Positions 1 through 9,384 of a DNA stretch of 50,011 nt are shown one piece after another (position 1 is the first letter of the stretch; every line of letters begins with the position of its first letter). The stretch spans positions 1-50,011 of the forward strand of contig DXJL01000177.1 of NCBI GenBank assembly GCA_019057635.1, read 5' to 3'. The notes below the pieces were generated by a model. That model was not told the origin of the DNA. It worked only from the letters and a program-made list of their open reading frames with translations, and did no database searches. Made by a program: the position numbers and the translations under genes. The stretch comes from Candidatus Heimdallarchaeota archaeon (GTDB taxonomy: Archaea > Asgardarchaeota > Heimdallarchaeia > Hodarchaeales > Hodarchaeaceae).

Positions 1-260
1 GCAAACAATCCTTCACTTCGTAGAATGCCAGCAATACGCATAGAAGAAAAGTCCACATAAAATATTTGTCCTGGATCAATTTTTTCTTCTTTTAATCCTT
101 GGGAAAGGTCAAATGCGGATTGAAGAAGAGAGAAGATTTGTTTAGGGGAGAAATCATCAGCGTTCTTAGTTGGACGAAAATCCTTAGTGATCAGAGGTCG
201 TCCTTTGTCTGTAAACACAAAGAAACCTAAGAAAATTTCAAGTTCATTAAACGAAACCAT
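1..260 (-). CDS. Longin-like domain protein (partial, runs off the window start)
   Basis: Not in the ORF track. Manual translation from ATG 260: MVSFNELEIFLGFFVFTDKGRPLITKDF...KQIFSLLQSAFDLSQGL...GQIFYVDFSSMRIAGILRSEGLF, open to position 1. Beta-beta-alpha-beta-beta pattern typical of longin/sigma-adaptin folds. Starts 6 nt after the GTPase stop. Confidence 0.6.
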   Translation of the reverse strand, partial: MVSFNELEIFLGFFVFTDKGRPLITKDFRPTKNADDFSPKQIFSLLQSAFDLSQGLKEEKIDPGQIFYVDFSSMRIAGILRSEGLF

Positions 261-266
261 TTTCCT

Positions 267-806
267 TTACTCTCCTAAGATCATCTTACCCATCTGAACG
301 AACGCAGCTTCTACTTTGGATCCTGTTTTAGCCGATGTTGTTATAAACTCCTCTGCTTCAAGTTTTTCCATTATTTCTTCCTTAGAACCAGGGATTTTTC
401 CTTCCGCGAGATCCTCCTTATTGCCAATAACAATGATTTTGGCGTTTGGACTCTGTTCCCGTACATCACTTCGCCACCGTTCAAGCTTTGTGAGAGTTTC
501 TTCAGGTCTGCTGAGATCAAAAACAAGAAAAACGCCATGAGCCTTTTTAAGGTATAAATGACGGAAGTCAGTAAAACCACTTTGTCCTGCTACGTCCCAA
601 ATTTGGTATATAAGCTCCTGTTCCCCTTCCTCCACTTCTAACATTACTGTTTTTGATAAAAAGTCTACTCCTAGAGTGATTTGATAACCCTCTTCAAAAA
701 AGTTATCGACATAACGTTTGATTAAACTAGTCTTTCCCACTTCAGGTTCCCCCACCAGAAGTAGTTTAAATGCAAATTTACCCGTCTTTCCTTTCTTCTT
801 TGGCAA
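267..806 (-). CDS. Rab-like small GTPase (Ras superfamily)
   Basis: G1 GEPEVGKTS, G2 TLGVDF, G3 WDVAGQ, G4 NKED, G5 SAK. TTG start with upstream GAGGAG. No C-terminal prenylation cysteines. Confidence 0.95.
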   Translation of the reverse strand: MPKKKGKTGKFAFKLLLVGEPEVGKTSLIKRYVDNFFEEGYQITLGVDFLSKTVMLEVEEGEQELIYQIWDVAGQSGFTDFRHLYLKKAHGVFLVFDLSRPEETLTKLERWRSDVREQSPNAKIIVIGNKEDLAEGKIPGSKEEIMEKLEAEEFITTSAKTGSKVEAAFVQMGKMILGE

Positions 807-974
807 TATACTAACTCCTCTTATAGCTTGAGCTACAAATTTGTTATTATTTCAATAATGTTCACTGAAAAGTATTTTCTTAAAAGGATTCGCCAATTTA
901 TATGGTATTAGGTTAATATTATATTAATACATAATTATATGGACTTATCAACTATATGAGATTCGTGAACTCCT

Positions 975-3560
975 ATGCCTGATAAATGCCAAATCAGCTT
1001 CAATTTACAAGCAGAAGGAAAACCTAAAATAGAATCCTTCCGTTTTAATGTTAATTCATTAACTGATCCATCCGTTGAATTTCCTAGCTTTCCTAAAGAA
1101 AAGATGTTACGGGCTTTAAACGAACATAGTCGCGACAAACATTATGGATTTGCGCAAGGCCATCTAAGGAATCTGAAATTTAAGAAATGTACCAGTCTTA
1201 GTAGTGAAGAGGAAATTCATATCTTAATGTTGGTTTTTGAGAAAATCGGGCCAATTTCTCTCCTTTTTCGGAATAAGTTTGAATATCTAGTTTTAGAAGG
1301 CATTGATGCCCAATATAACTATATTGGTTATAAAACACTTGTTAACCTGCTTATTCAAATAATTCAACCTGAAACTGAACCAATACAAGGATTAGGAAAA
1401 ATCAAAGCTATTTATCATGCTTCAAATTCTGTCGAATTATCGCGTAAAGCTTCTTATGTGCCAATCCTGGAAACAACTGAAGGAAAACTCACACTATTTG
1501 CCTTAAGTATAATTTTGCCAACATTAGTTGTAATTGTTCTCCCTATAACTTGGCTAGAAGAGATGACAACATATCTATTAGTTATCTGTCTGTTATCTAT
1601 CCTGGTGTGTCTATATCCCATTGTTAAACGATCCTTTCGTCATTCTCCCTTGGGTATACTCTCATTAATTGCCTCATACTTGATAATTGAAACTTTAATA
1701 CATTTTGACATCTTAATCGATGGTATAAATCCATGGGGTATATTCAACAATATCTCAAGGCAAAATTTGGTTGGAATCCTACGAAATAAATCGATTGTGG
1801 AATCAATAGGTTCTCAAATCTTCATTGGTTTTGACCTACTAGGAGCAATTGTCCCTTTTCTTGATATTATCCTTCTAGGGATAACTCCATTTACCATTGG
1901 AGCTGGATTAGCAGGACTACTTGGAAAAGTTGAGAAAAAACTTTCAATACGAACAATTACTGTCAAAACATTGTTTGCCGCATTATTTCTAATCTCGATA
2001 ATCATGATACCAATGACTTACCATGCAATCGGAAAAGGTATGGAAGGAACATTATATGCGAGTATTGGTGTTACAGAAACAGCCGACATCTTTTCAGAGG
2101 ATTTTTTCACCAATCTTGAAGAGAATTTTGATAGATTAATGGCTTTAATAGAGTCTGCTCAATTCAATTTTGATAAAGCAGGTAATTCTTTTAAACAATT
2201 TGCCGAAAATCCCCTCATTGCATACTTATTGCCATTTATCATACCTCAAGTTGCTGGAATACCACTGAAAGATCTACCACAAATTCTTGATTTAACTGAA
2301 GTCGTTTCTAGTACGTTGACGTACGTTCCCAATTTGCTTTGGTCTTTAACTAATTTAGAATCTGGAATAAATCTTACCTTTACTCTACTCCAAGGCTCTA
2401 TTGATCATTATCCCCTTGGTGGTTACGGCGCATCAATTGCGACAACATATGACCCGTCTATGCGGGTTGCCCTTGACCTTCTTCTTCAGGGTACAAACAA
2501 TCTTACTTCCATAGAGGATCCACTTCTTACTCTTTTTTCACAAGCGAGAGAAAAATTAGGTTACTCGGTTTTTGCAGAAATTTCCTCCGTTTTAACGGAA
2601 TTAGAACTGGTGTTACCGATTTTAATTACCATTTTAGACGGTTTGACCCCTTGGGTGAATAGTACATACAAATTAACACTAGTGATTGACGATTTATTCG
2701 GTTTCGAGTTTGACAGTAATTATTTAGCAAGCGCTTCTGCTGATTTTGATCGATCAGCCTCGATTCTTGATATTGATGTTACAACACTACCTAATACCTC
2801 AATTGTCCCTATTCGTGATCTTGCAGAATTTAGTATTAATCTTCATTCCGTTACCAAGTATTTCTTATATACGATTCAGAATGGAACTCAGATGTTTCGA
2901 CAACTAAACAATACTTTGAAGCTTTTTCAAGATGTCTCCTTCTCTAATGTCTCAAATATTGATGATCCTATTTGGCAAGATATTGAATTAGGTTTAACAA
3001 ACACAGGCATGTACTTGAATGGCACACAAGATAGTTTAGGAGAGATGAATGCAATTGTCACCTCTCAAGATGAACTCGAATTTCAAGCGCTAAATTCATT
3101 CCTAGCTGAATTACAGACATTTATTGATGATACAACATCAGAATTTGATGTAGTAGGTGAATATTATGCTGCATTACAAGGTACCTACGATGCTAGTTCT
3201 GCTTTCTCCTTAGGTATCAAGGTATTAAATGATACTATAACACAAGACTTGGTTGGCCCCGCGAACTATTCGGCTGCACGAGGTAACTTTACCCAAAGTC
3301 AAATCTCAGCTAATCAAACATATGATATCTTAGCCACTGTACCAACCCATCTCCTGAACCAGAGTGCTATCACAAATTGGCAAAAATTAGTAAGGGGCGA
3401 TATTCAAGATAATGCCACCAATTCAATTTATGTTAATTCAGCGAGGTGTATCGATCTAATAGATTCTATACTTAGCGGAACTGTTACACTGGCGGATCTT
3501 GTTACATTTAATGCGATTCTTACTACAGCTGACGAAATGGAATGGAAAATCTTTTCATGA
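975..3560 (+). CDS. Large membrane protein, ~5 TM plus long helical, sequon-rich C-terminal region; function unknown
   Basis: 861 aa ORF. Hydrophobic segments at about aa 170-350, followed by amphipathic helices with many N-x-S/T sites. Confidence 0.75.
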   Translation: MPDKCQISFNLQAEGKPKIESFRFNVNSLTDPSVEFPSFPKEKMLRALNEHSRDKHYGFAQGHLRNLKFKKCTSLSSEEEIHILMLVFEKIGPISLLFRNKFEYLVLEGIDAQYNYIGYKTLVNLLIQIIQPETEPIQGLGKIKAIYHASNSVELSRKASYVPILETTEGKLTLFALSIILPTLVVIVLPITWLEEMTTYLLVICLLSILVCLYPIVKRSFRHSPLGILSLIASYLIIETLIHFDILIDGINPWGIFNNISRQNLVGILRNKSIVESIGSQIFIGFDLLGAIVPFLDIILLGITPFTIGAGLAGLLGKVEKKLSIRTITVKTLFAALFLISIIMIPMTYHAIGKGMEGTLYASIGVTETADIFSEDFFTNLEENFDRLMALIESAQFNFDKAGNSFKQFAENPLIAYLLPFIIPQVAGIPLKDLPQILDLTEVVSSTLTYVPNLLWSLTNLESGINLTFTLLQGSIDHYPLGGYGASIATTYDPSMRVALDLLLQGTNNLTSIEDPLLTLFSQAREKLGYSVFAEISSVLTELELVLPILITILDGLTPWVNSTYKLTLVIDDLFGFEFDSNYLASASADFDRSASILDIDVTTLPNTSIVPIRDLAEFSINLHSVTKYFLYTIQNGTQMFRQLNNTLKLFQDVSFSNVSNIDDPIWQDIELGLTNTGMYLNGTQDSLGEMNAIVTSQDELEFQALNSFLAELQTFIDDTTSEFDVVGEYYAALQGTYDASSAFSLGIKVLNDTITQDLVGPANYSAARGNFTQSQISANQTYDILATVPTHLLNQSAITNWQKLVRGDIQDNATNSIYVNSARCIDLIDSILSGTVTLADLVTFNAILTTADEMEWKIFS

Positions 3561-3594
3561 TGAGTTAGATACAAGGGGGGAATCATTTCAGACG

Positions 3595-5082
3595 TTAAAG
3601 AAAAGATAGCTCGGATTGCTCTTTAAGATATGGTTGTGGATCCATATCCCAAACGGATAGATCAAACTCTCCACGTGCAGTCGCAAGATCACGAATTACA
3701 GCCCCAACTTGTTTCGCTGCATCGCCGCGCCAGAATTCCTCACCAAATTCATCGATCATTTGATTCATCCATTCTTTGACACGCACACTAGCTAGCATAT
3801 AGGAGGGAGCGTAAACATCATAATTTGGTGTAATATGATGTGTTAACCAGTAATCACCTGGAACCTCCCAAAAGTACCTCTTAGTTAGTTCTTGGAATCT
3901 CTTGGAGGCTTCTTCATAAGAATATCCTTTTTTCCAGTATTCTATTTTCATTAACGCATTTGCAGCATAAAATACCAAGAAGTATAGATTCATGAAATGT
4001 CGACGATCGAGTATCTCTTGAACCACATCTTCATTCAACCCGAGTTCATTTTGTAGATATAACGGCTGTTGCAATAACATTTCAAGAAAGATAGAAAACG
4101 TTTCAGCAACGCTCATTGGAACTATATACCGCTTCCAGAATGGATCGTCTTCTTTACCTGATGCACCATGAATTCCGTGACCATATTCATGATAAAGACT
4201 TGTAAAGTCGCTAAATGGTGATACTCGCTTGTAAACGACACGTACATCATTTGGAATTTGGACACCAAAGCAAAAAGCTGAAGGTGACTTCTTTTCACGA
4301 TCCTCATTGTCAACTTTTATTTTGTGTAACTCTTCTCTAAAACCCAGGTTCGATACTACCTTTTCAATCGATTTCTGGGGATTTTTTTTTGTGAAATGCT
4401 TGTTTAGAGGGGAGTAGATTCGTCCTCTTGCGAGATAGAAGTCATCATGATAATCAAATGACTCTTTTCCAAGAATTTCAGGAGCAAAATGATCTGCAGC
4501 CACTAGAAATGATTTTCTCGCTCCATCTCCCAAGATATTCACGAAATCTTTCAGTTTATTGTAAGTTAAAAACTCTCGCTCAAGATACGCGTCTAAAGGA
4601 CTCGATTCATACAGCTGGTACACTTGACGTGAGATATTAAAACGTTTTGTGATTAAAGGGGCAATACCTGGTGCTTTCTGGATGAACTCGTCAAATAATT
4701 GTTTGCGATTATTATCTTCTGGTTCGGCTGCATTAAATTGTCGCCATGAACCCCAATTTACTGGTTTTCCATGAATCTTAAAGGTATCACTCGAAAGTGT
4801 TTTCGTTCGTTTTTCATAGAGCTCTAATGTAATTGGGAGTTTACGCGCTTGAGATATAGCTGCGAGACAATGTAGGTAGAACGAGCGAGGTTCTGTGTAT
4901 TGAGTGAGAAATAATGTGCTTAAATCCACTAATGAATTGCTTGCTGCTTCCATCACAGATTTATCATAGTCCAAACCGCTAGTTTGGTTATAACGCTGCT
5001 CTGAGAGTTGGATATGATACTTTTCGAATTCCACACCGATTTCATCAATTCTATTATCAGAAGAAGAGGCCAATATTTTCAC
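3595..5082 (-). CDS. M3-like (gluzincin) zinc oligopeptidase
   Basis: HEYGH zinc motif, downstream AETFS glutamate, late H...Y..Y segment (HHITPNYDVYAPSY). Confidence 0.8.
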   Translation of the reverse strand: MKILASSSDNRIDEIGVEFEKYHIQLSEQRYNQTSGLDYDKSVMEAASNSLVDLSTLFLTQYTEPRSFYLHCLAAISQARKLPITLELYEKRTKTLSSDTFKIHGKPVNWGSWRQFNAAEPEDNNRKQLFDEFIQKAPGIAPLITKRFNISRQVYQLYESSPLDAYLEREFLTYNKLKDFVNILGDGARKSFLVAADHFAPEILGKESFDYHDDFYLARGRIYSPLNKHFTKKNPQKSIEKVVSNLGFREELHKIKVDNEDREKKSPSAFCFGVQIPNDVRVVYKRVSPFSDFTSLYHEYGHGIHGASGKEDDPFWKRYIVPMSVAETFSIFLEMLLQQPLYLQNELGLNEDVVQEILDRRHFMNLYFLVFYAANALMKIEYWKKGYSYEEASKRFQELTKRYFWEVPGDYWLTHHITPNYDVYAPSYMLASVRVKEWMNQMIDEFGEEFWRGDAAKQVGAVIRDLATARGEFDLSVWDMDPQPYLKEQSELSFL

Positions 5083-5265
5083 CCATGAAAGTTAGGAGAC
5101 TCCCAAAATAAGCAGAATGGAGTTTTTCGAATTAATTAAAGTGTTTTTTGACTTCAACTTTTCTTCCAATTGACGTCATAAACTTTTTGAGGATTAGTAA
5201 TTACATTATAACAACAACTATACTATCGTTCTGATGAACTTTCAAAGGTTGATAGGTGAAACTTA

Positions 5266-6099
5266 ATGGAAACTACAGATTTAATCGGGGTTGTGTTTGT
5301 TGTATTGGGAATTATATTTTATTTAGCGCTCGGTACCCGTCTTTACCGTTCCTATAAAATTTCTGCAAAGAAACAAACGTTATATTTATCGTTACTTCTC
5401 TTGTTTGGTGGATTGGCATTACTCCTACTTACCCTTGAACAATTGGTATTGCTTACCAATGCAAAGGAAGCTAGTTCGCAAACAATTGCTGATGCGATCA
5501 GCATCTTCCAATATTCAGACATTGATGTGTTCTGGGTTGGATTTTTGTTTGCCGCTCTTGCTTGGATAACCAGTGGGTTGGCCATTATTTCTGCTAACTT
5601 CTTTACTCAGTCATTTTTCCCTGATAGTAATAAAAAATTATTATTGGTACCTATTTTACTTATTGCAACCTATTTAGTACTCATAATTACATCTCCCTTT
5701 TATTTTGTATACAATGGGTCTGATTGGAGCCCAACTCATGATGCTTCTACTACATTCATATTGTGGATTCTTTTCTTAGTTCCCTTATGGACAGTGTCAT
5801 TCCTGTTTCTCTACTTGAGCGTTTCACTAAAGCGGAAAGGTGTAAGCGCGTGGCGTCGAGTGGGATGGTTTTTCTTAAGTCAGGTAGTTTTATCGATTGG
5901 TTTTACGATTGAAGTCCTCAGCCCAAGCTCATTTACAACATTTTTTGAAAGTGTAGGAATTACTGTCGAGCTTTTACTGAATGACGCTCTCTGGTCGATC
6001 TCCGCTAGGTTCATGATCATGATGTATGCAGTTCTGATGTGGATAGCAGTCTATACTCCTGATTGGGCAAAAGGATGGTTAGGCGCTTCTAAAAGCTAA
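5266..6099 (+). CDS. Seven-TM membrane protein, function unknown
   Basis: Seven hydrophobic helices by eye. Shine-Dalgarno AGGTGA before the ATG. Confidence 0.75.
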   Translation: METTDLIGVVFVVLGIIFYLALGTRLYRSYKISAKKQTLYLSLLLLFGGLALLLLTLEQLVLLTNAKEASSQTIADAISIFQYSDIDVFWVGFLFAALAWITSGLAIISANFFTQSFFPDSNKKLLLVPILLIATYLVLIITSPFYFVYNGSDWSPTHDASTTFILWILFLVPLWTVSFLFLYLSVSLKRKGVSAWRRVGWFFLSQVVLSIGFTIEVLSPSSFTTFFESVGITVELLLNDALWSISARFMIMMYAVLMWIAVYTPDWAKGWLGASKS

Positions 6100-6104
6100 C
6101 CACC

Positions 6105-6115
6105 TTTCTTTTTTC
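6105..6115 (+). terminator. Oligo-T archaeal terminator candidate
   Basis: TTTCTTTTTTC just after the 7TM stop, between convergent genes. Confidence 0.4.
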
Positions 6116-7207
6116 TTAAATCCCATCAATCCAGTCCATGAATCGAGAGGAGACTTGCTGGAAGAGCAATTCCCGTATCAAGGGATTTCTTTTAGCGGAA
6201 AGATCCACGGCTACTTCAATAAGTGCTTCATCATGCTGATTGCGAACGTCTACAATAAGCTGTTCACGTTCTTCCTCGGGATGAGTGAATATATCAATCA
6301 TTTGATTAGCTACTTCTAAAATTTGAGTATACGCCCTAGTAAGTATATTTTCTGCGCGACTAGGTTCCTTTTTTATCTGTTTCAGTATTTCCTTGGAGTA
6401 ATTACACGTTTGTCCATTTTTTACCTGTTTTTTATTACTGTCAATCAGTAACTCCTGTGGATAGCGCTTTACAAGATTCGTTGAGATACCTATGATATCT
6501 GCTTGTTTTGGGTCAAGAACATCCTCTGTAAAGCTGACCTTCCGAAGAATAATTTGAGGAATGAGAAGATCTATACTATGGACTATAAGATCTATCATTA
6601 CTTGTGATTCACCTGTTACTAAAACTGGATTCCCCCGGTAAATAGCACCTAGCAATTTATCATCATTCTTTTTTATCTGAGAAAATAAGAAATCGAGATT
6701 CCCTCCCTCTGTTCTCTCTGAGTAGGTCACCCTCTTTTCAATAATTTGTACATGTGTAGTCGTATCTTTATCAGTAACTAACCAATTATTGACCGAGGAT
6801 TGTAACTCATTTGAAAGAAGTGTACTCTCTCCATATACATATTGTTGTTTAATCTTTGAGGCAATATCTTCTGCGGTGTGTTTGAGGAATGGAATCTTAG
6901 AATATAGAAATGCTTGCTGCTCGTGAGGCATAAGATAAATAAGAGCGGCAACACAATGAGGAGTCACAGGATCATTTTGATTGATTTGGAATAAAAATAT
7001 AAACCCAATTCGTTTTTCAGCAAGGCCTGAGAATGGTAATATTGCCTCTGTGTTATCTAACTCTGAGCTTGTCATCATTGATAATGGCATTGTCGATTTT
7101 AACGCGACTTGGGCGACTTCAGAATCTGAAAGGTTATGTTTTGTATAAAAAATTGGCACAGCCAGTTTTTGTTTCGTAAAAACACAGAAAAGCACATCTC
7201 TATCCAA
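6116..7207 (-). CDS. Folliculin-like longin (u-DENN) + DENN domain protein
   Basis: N-terminal VLFCVF...AILPF...IGFIFLFQI...VAALIYL resembles u-DENN/longin. The central LLGAIYRGNPVLVTGES..MIDLIVHSIDLLIP...ADIIGIS resembles the folliculin c-DENN core as I recall it. Confidence 0.7.
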   Translation of the reverse strand: MDRDVLFCVFTKQKLAVPIFYTKHNLSDSEVAQVALKSTMPLSMMTSSELDNTEAILPFSGLAEKRIGFIFLFQINQNDPVTPHCVAALIYLMPHEQQAFLYSKIPFLKHTAEDIASKIKQQYVYGESTLLSNELQSSVNNWLVTDKDTTTHVQIIEKRVTYSERTEGGNLDFLFSQIKKNDDKLLGAIYRGNPVLVTGESQVMIDLIVHSIDLLIPQIILRKVSFTEDVLDPKQADIIGISTNLVKRYPQELLIDSNKKQVKNGQTCNYSKEILKQIKKEPSRAENILTRAYTQILEVANQMIDIFTHPEEEREQLIVDVRNQHDEALIEVAVDLSAKRNPLIRELLFQQVSSRFMDWIDGI

Positions 7208-7328
7208 TTTATTTCAACTCGATTACCAACAGAATTTCATTACTTACTGGGTGATCATGATATAAGAAGTTGATGTTGTTTCTCGTTTAGCAGAGTGTTT
7301 TAATAAATGGTTATCTAAGTGCACACGA

Positions 7329-7979
7329 ATGACCACAATTATAAATGGGATGATAAATTCCTTAGAAAAGCATGAAAGACGTATATTAGGCAATAAGTGG
7401 ATAATAGCGCTCTTAATCATTGGAAATTTGCTTGGTGCCATTATTGGATTTCAATATTATATCGATGTCATAGGAATAGCTGATTTCCCTCCATACTTGT
7501 GGATATTAATTCCTGATTGTCCTATGGCTGTTTTTCTTCTAATTGGGTTTTACTTTCAAGCAGATCGGCAGCGATATTTGAACTACAACTTGTTGGTATT
7601 TATTCAAGGGGTTAGGGGAGCAATATTTACATATCTAATTGTTGCAAATTTTTCATCATTAGATACAGAGATTGTTATTCTAGGACACAGTATATTGCTC
7701 CTTCAAGCTCTCTTGATTCTTCCTTTCCTCAAAAACTTACAAATTACTAAAGCGACAATCTTCGTTATCTTTTTAACACTTTTCAACGATTTTATGGACT
7801 TTTTTGGATTCTTTTCTCTCACTCCTCCAACACTTGCCCAGCTTCCCACGATTCAGCCAATGTTCTCTTTCTTTTTAGTGAGTATAGTTGGATTAGATAT
7901 CCTACTGATCTTTATTGGTCTCAGTATTCGTCCTTTAGTGAAGAGATTTGCGAAAGAGGAAAGTAGAGCAGAAAACTAG
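7329..7979 (+). CDS. DUF1405 (YpjA-like) membrane protein
   Basis: NLLGAIIGFQYY, WILIPDCP and NDFMDFF motifs; multiple TM helices. Confidence 0.75.
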   Translation: MTTIINGMINSLEKHERRILGNKWIIALLIIGNLLGAIIGFQYYIDVIGIADFPPYLWILIPDCPMAVFLLIGFYFQADRQRYLNYNLLVFIQGVRGAIFTYLIVANFSSLDTEIVILGHSILLLQALLILPFLKNLQITKATIFVIFLTLFNDFMDFFGFFSLTPPTLAQLPTIQPMFSFFLVSIVGLDILLIFIGLSIRPLVKRFAKEESRAEN

Positions 7980-8047
7980 TTTTTACCGAAAGAATTGGGG
8001 GATATTTTCTTCTTTGAAGACAAACAAAAATCAAGTACAATTCGTGT

Positions 8048-8473
8048 TTAACTCTGGATTTTATCGAGAAAAGTGGCAATAAATCCTTGTAATTGTGAAT
8101 GGGAGGAATATTTCTCTACTACAAGTAAGGAGGATGTATTTCCAGCTATCATGGCCGATATTGGCTCAAATTTTTCATCAAATATTGCCATGACGGGCTT
8201 CGTTTTGTATAATGCACATGCTATTTCATATCCCACTCCTAAACTTGGAATTGATACCTCAGCAATTACACAATCGCATTCATTTAACCAATTCTCATCC
8301 TTGGTGAAAATATCGACTTCACTTAATGAATTTTCGAAGTCCAGCACATCTTTTGATGCCACATGGTAAGTGAGTACTTCATGATTATTCTTTTGTAAGA
8401 AATCGAGAATAATTTCGTAAGTTTTCTGAAGTTGCCTACCACCACGTATTGCACCTGACAAATAAATCTTCAA
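8048..8473 (-). CDS. 2'-deoxynucleoside 5'-phosphate N-hydrolase (DNPH1/Rcl; nucleoside 2-deoxyribosyltransferase family)
   Basis: KIYLSGAIRGGR, D..WL..CD.VIAEVS.PSLGVGYEI, SAMIAGN. Confidence 0.9.
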   Translation of the reverse strand: MKIYLSGAIRGGRQLQKTYEIILDFLQKNNHEVLTYHVASKDVLDFENSLSEVDIFTKDENWLNECDCVIAEVSIPSLGVGYEIACALYKTKPVMAIFDEKFEPISAMIAGNTSSLLVVEKYSSHSQLQGFIATFLDKIQS

Positions 8474-8501
8474 GGTTATTCCAACATCCCATTTAATTAC
8501 T

Positions 8502-9248
8502 TTATGACTCCTTTTTCAGAAATAGCTTGATAAACTGTCCCACCTTAGGATCAGTGGTTTCCTCACCTAAGAGGTGCATTACACGGACAAATTTCTCACT
8601 AATTTCCTCAAATGATATGCTCTTCTCTTTACATAAAGCTAATACTTTCTTATAAAAAATTGGATTAGTTCTTAAGAGTTGAGAAAGGAGATAAAAAGTG
8701 ATTTTATCATCATTAGCTCTTTTTTGGAAAAATTTTAGTATCTGCTTATCAGAGCGGTGATACCGAGAAGAATTAATTAATTGGAACACAATCGGATAAT
8801 ATTCCTCTGATTTCATCTTTTGCCAATCTCGAATTTCATGAATCCCCTTTATTGTCTCTAGATAATGTTTCTCCATATCTGGATTGGAAAAACCAATCTT
8901 CACCCACGTTTCAATCTTAGCAACTAAATTTTGATATTCTAAATGAGTTTCAATATTAGCTTCAATAGATCGAATACTAAATTCCAGAAGACCCAGTACA
9001 AAACCAGGGGAATAGGCATTCAAACTTGATTCAAGGTTTGGCGCTGCACATACCTCATCTTGAATACTTTTCAACAATTCTCTATTGTTTTCTAATGTTG
9101 AATTATCTAAATCATTCTCTAATGAATCCAAAGCCCAATAAAAAAATAACGCCTTTTTCGAATGCTCTAATTCTGTTATAAAAGGTTGTAAATCATTTTC
9201 ATCTTTTAAAAGCTGTTTAATCTCTGAAAAAACTACAGGTTGAGCCAA
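8502..9248 (-). CDS. Hypothetical alpha-helical protein
   Basis: 248 aa ORF, TTG start after GAGGA; no recognisable motif. Confidence 0.65.
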   Translation of the reverse strand: MAQPVVFSEIKQLLKDENDLQPFITELEHSKKALFFYWALDSLENDLDNSTLENNRELLKSIQDEVCAAPNLESSLNAYSPGFVLGLLEFSIRSIEANIETHLEYQNLVAKIETWVKIGFSNPDMEKHYLETIKGIHEIRDWQKMKSEEYYPIVFQLINSSRYHRSDKQILKFFQKRANDDKITFYLLSQLLRTNPIFYKKVLALCKEKSISFEEISEKFVRVMHLLGEETTDPKVGQFIKLFLKKES

Positions 9249-9351
9249 TTGTAAGTCCTCAAGTAATACTACTTTCAGCTGAGTTGAATCTAATTCAAAT
9301 ATGTTAACATTCAGAAATTACATTTTACAAGAAAATCCGAGAGAAAGTATT

Positions 9352-9375
9352 AAAAAAAGAAAAAAGAGAGGAGAG
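9352..9375 (-). terminator. Pyrimidine/oligo-T terminator candidate of the 739-aa gene
   Basis: Minus-strand CTCTCCTCTCTTTTTTCTTTTTTT about 10 nt after the stop at 9385. Confidence 0.5.
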
Positions 9376-9384
9376 TTGTTTTGA

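Noticed and set aside
913-927. Palindrome TTAATAT-T-ATATTAA in the Rab/membrane-protein divergent region
   Set aside because: It is pure A/T in AT-rich promoter DNA and is expected by chance or from back-to-back TATA boxes.
5266-6099. 7TM protein as a rhodopsin
   Set aside because: Helix 7 (ALWSISARFMIMMY) lacks the retinal-binding lysine motif.
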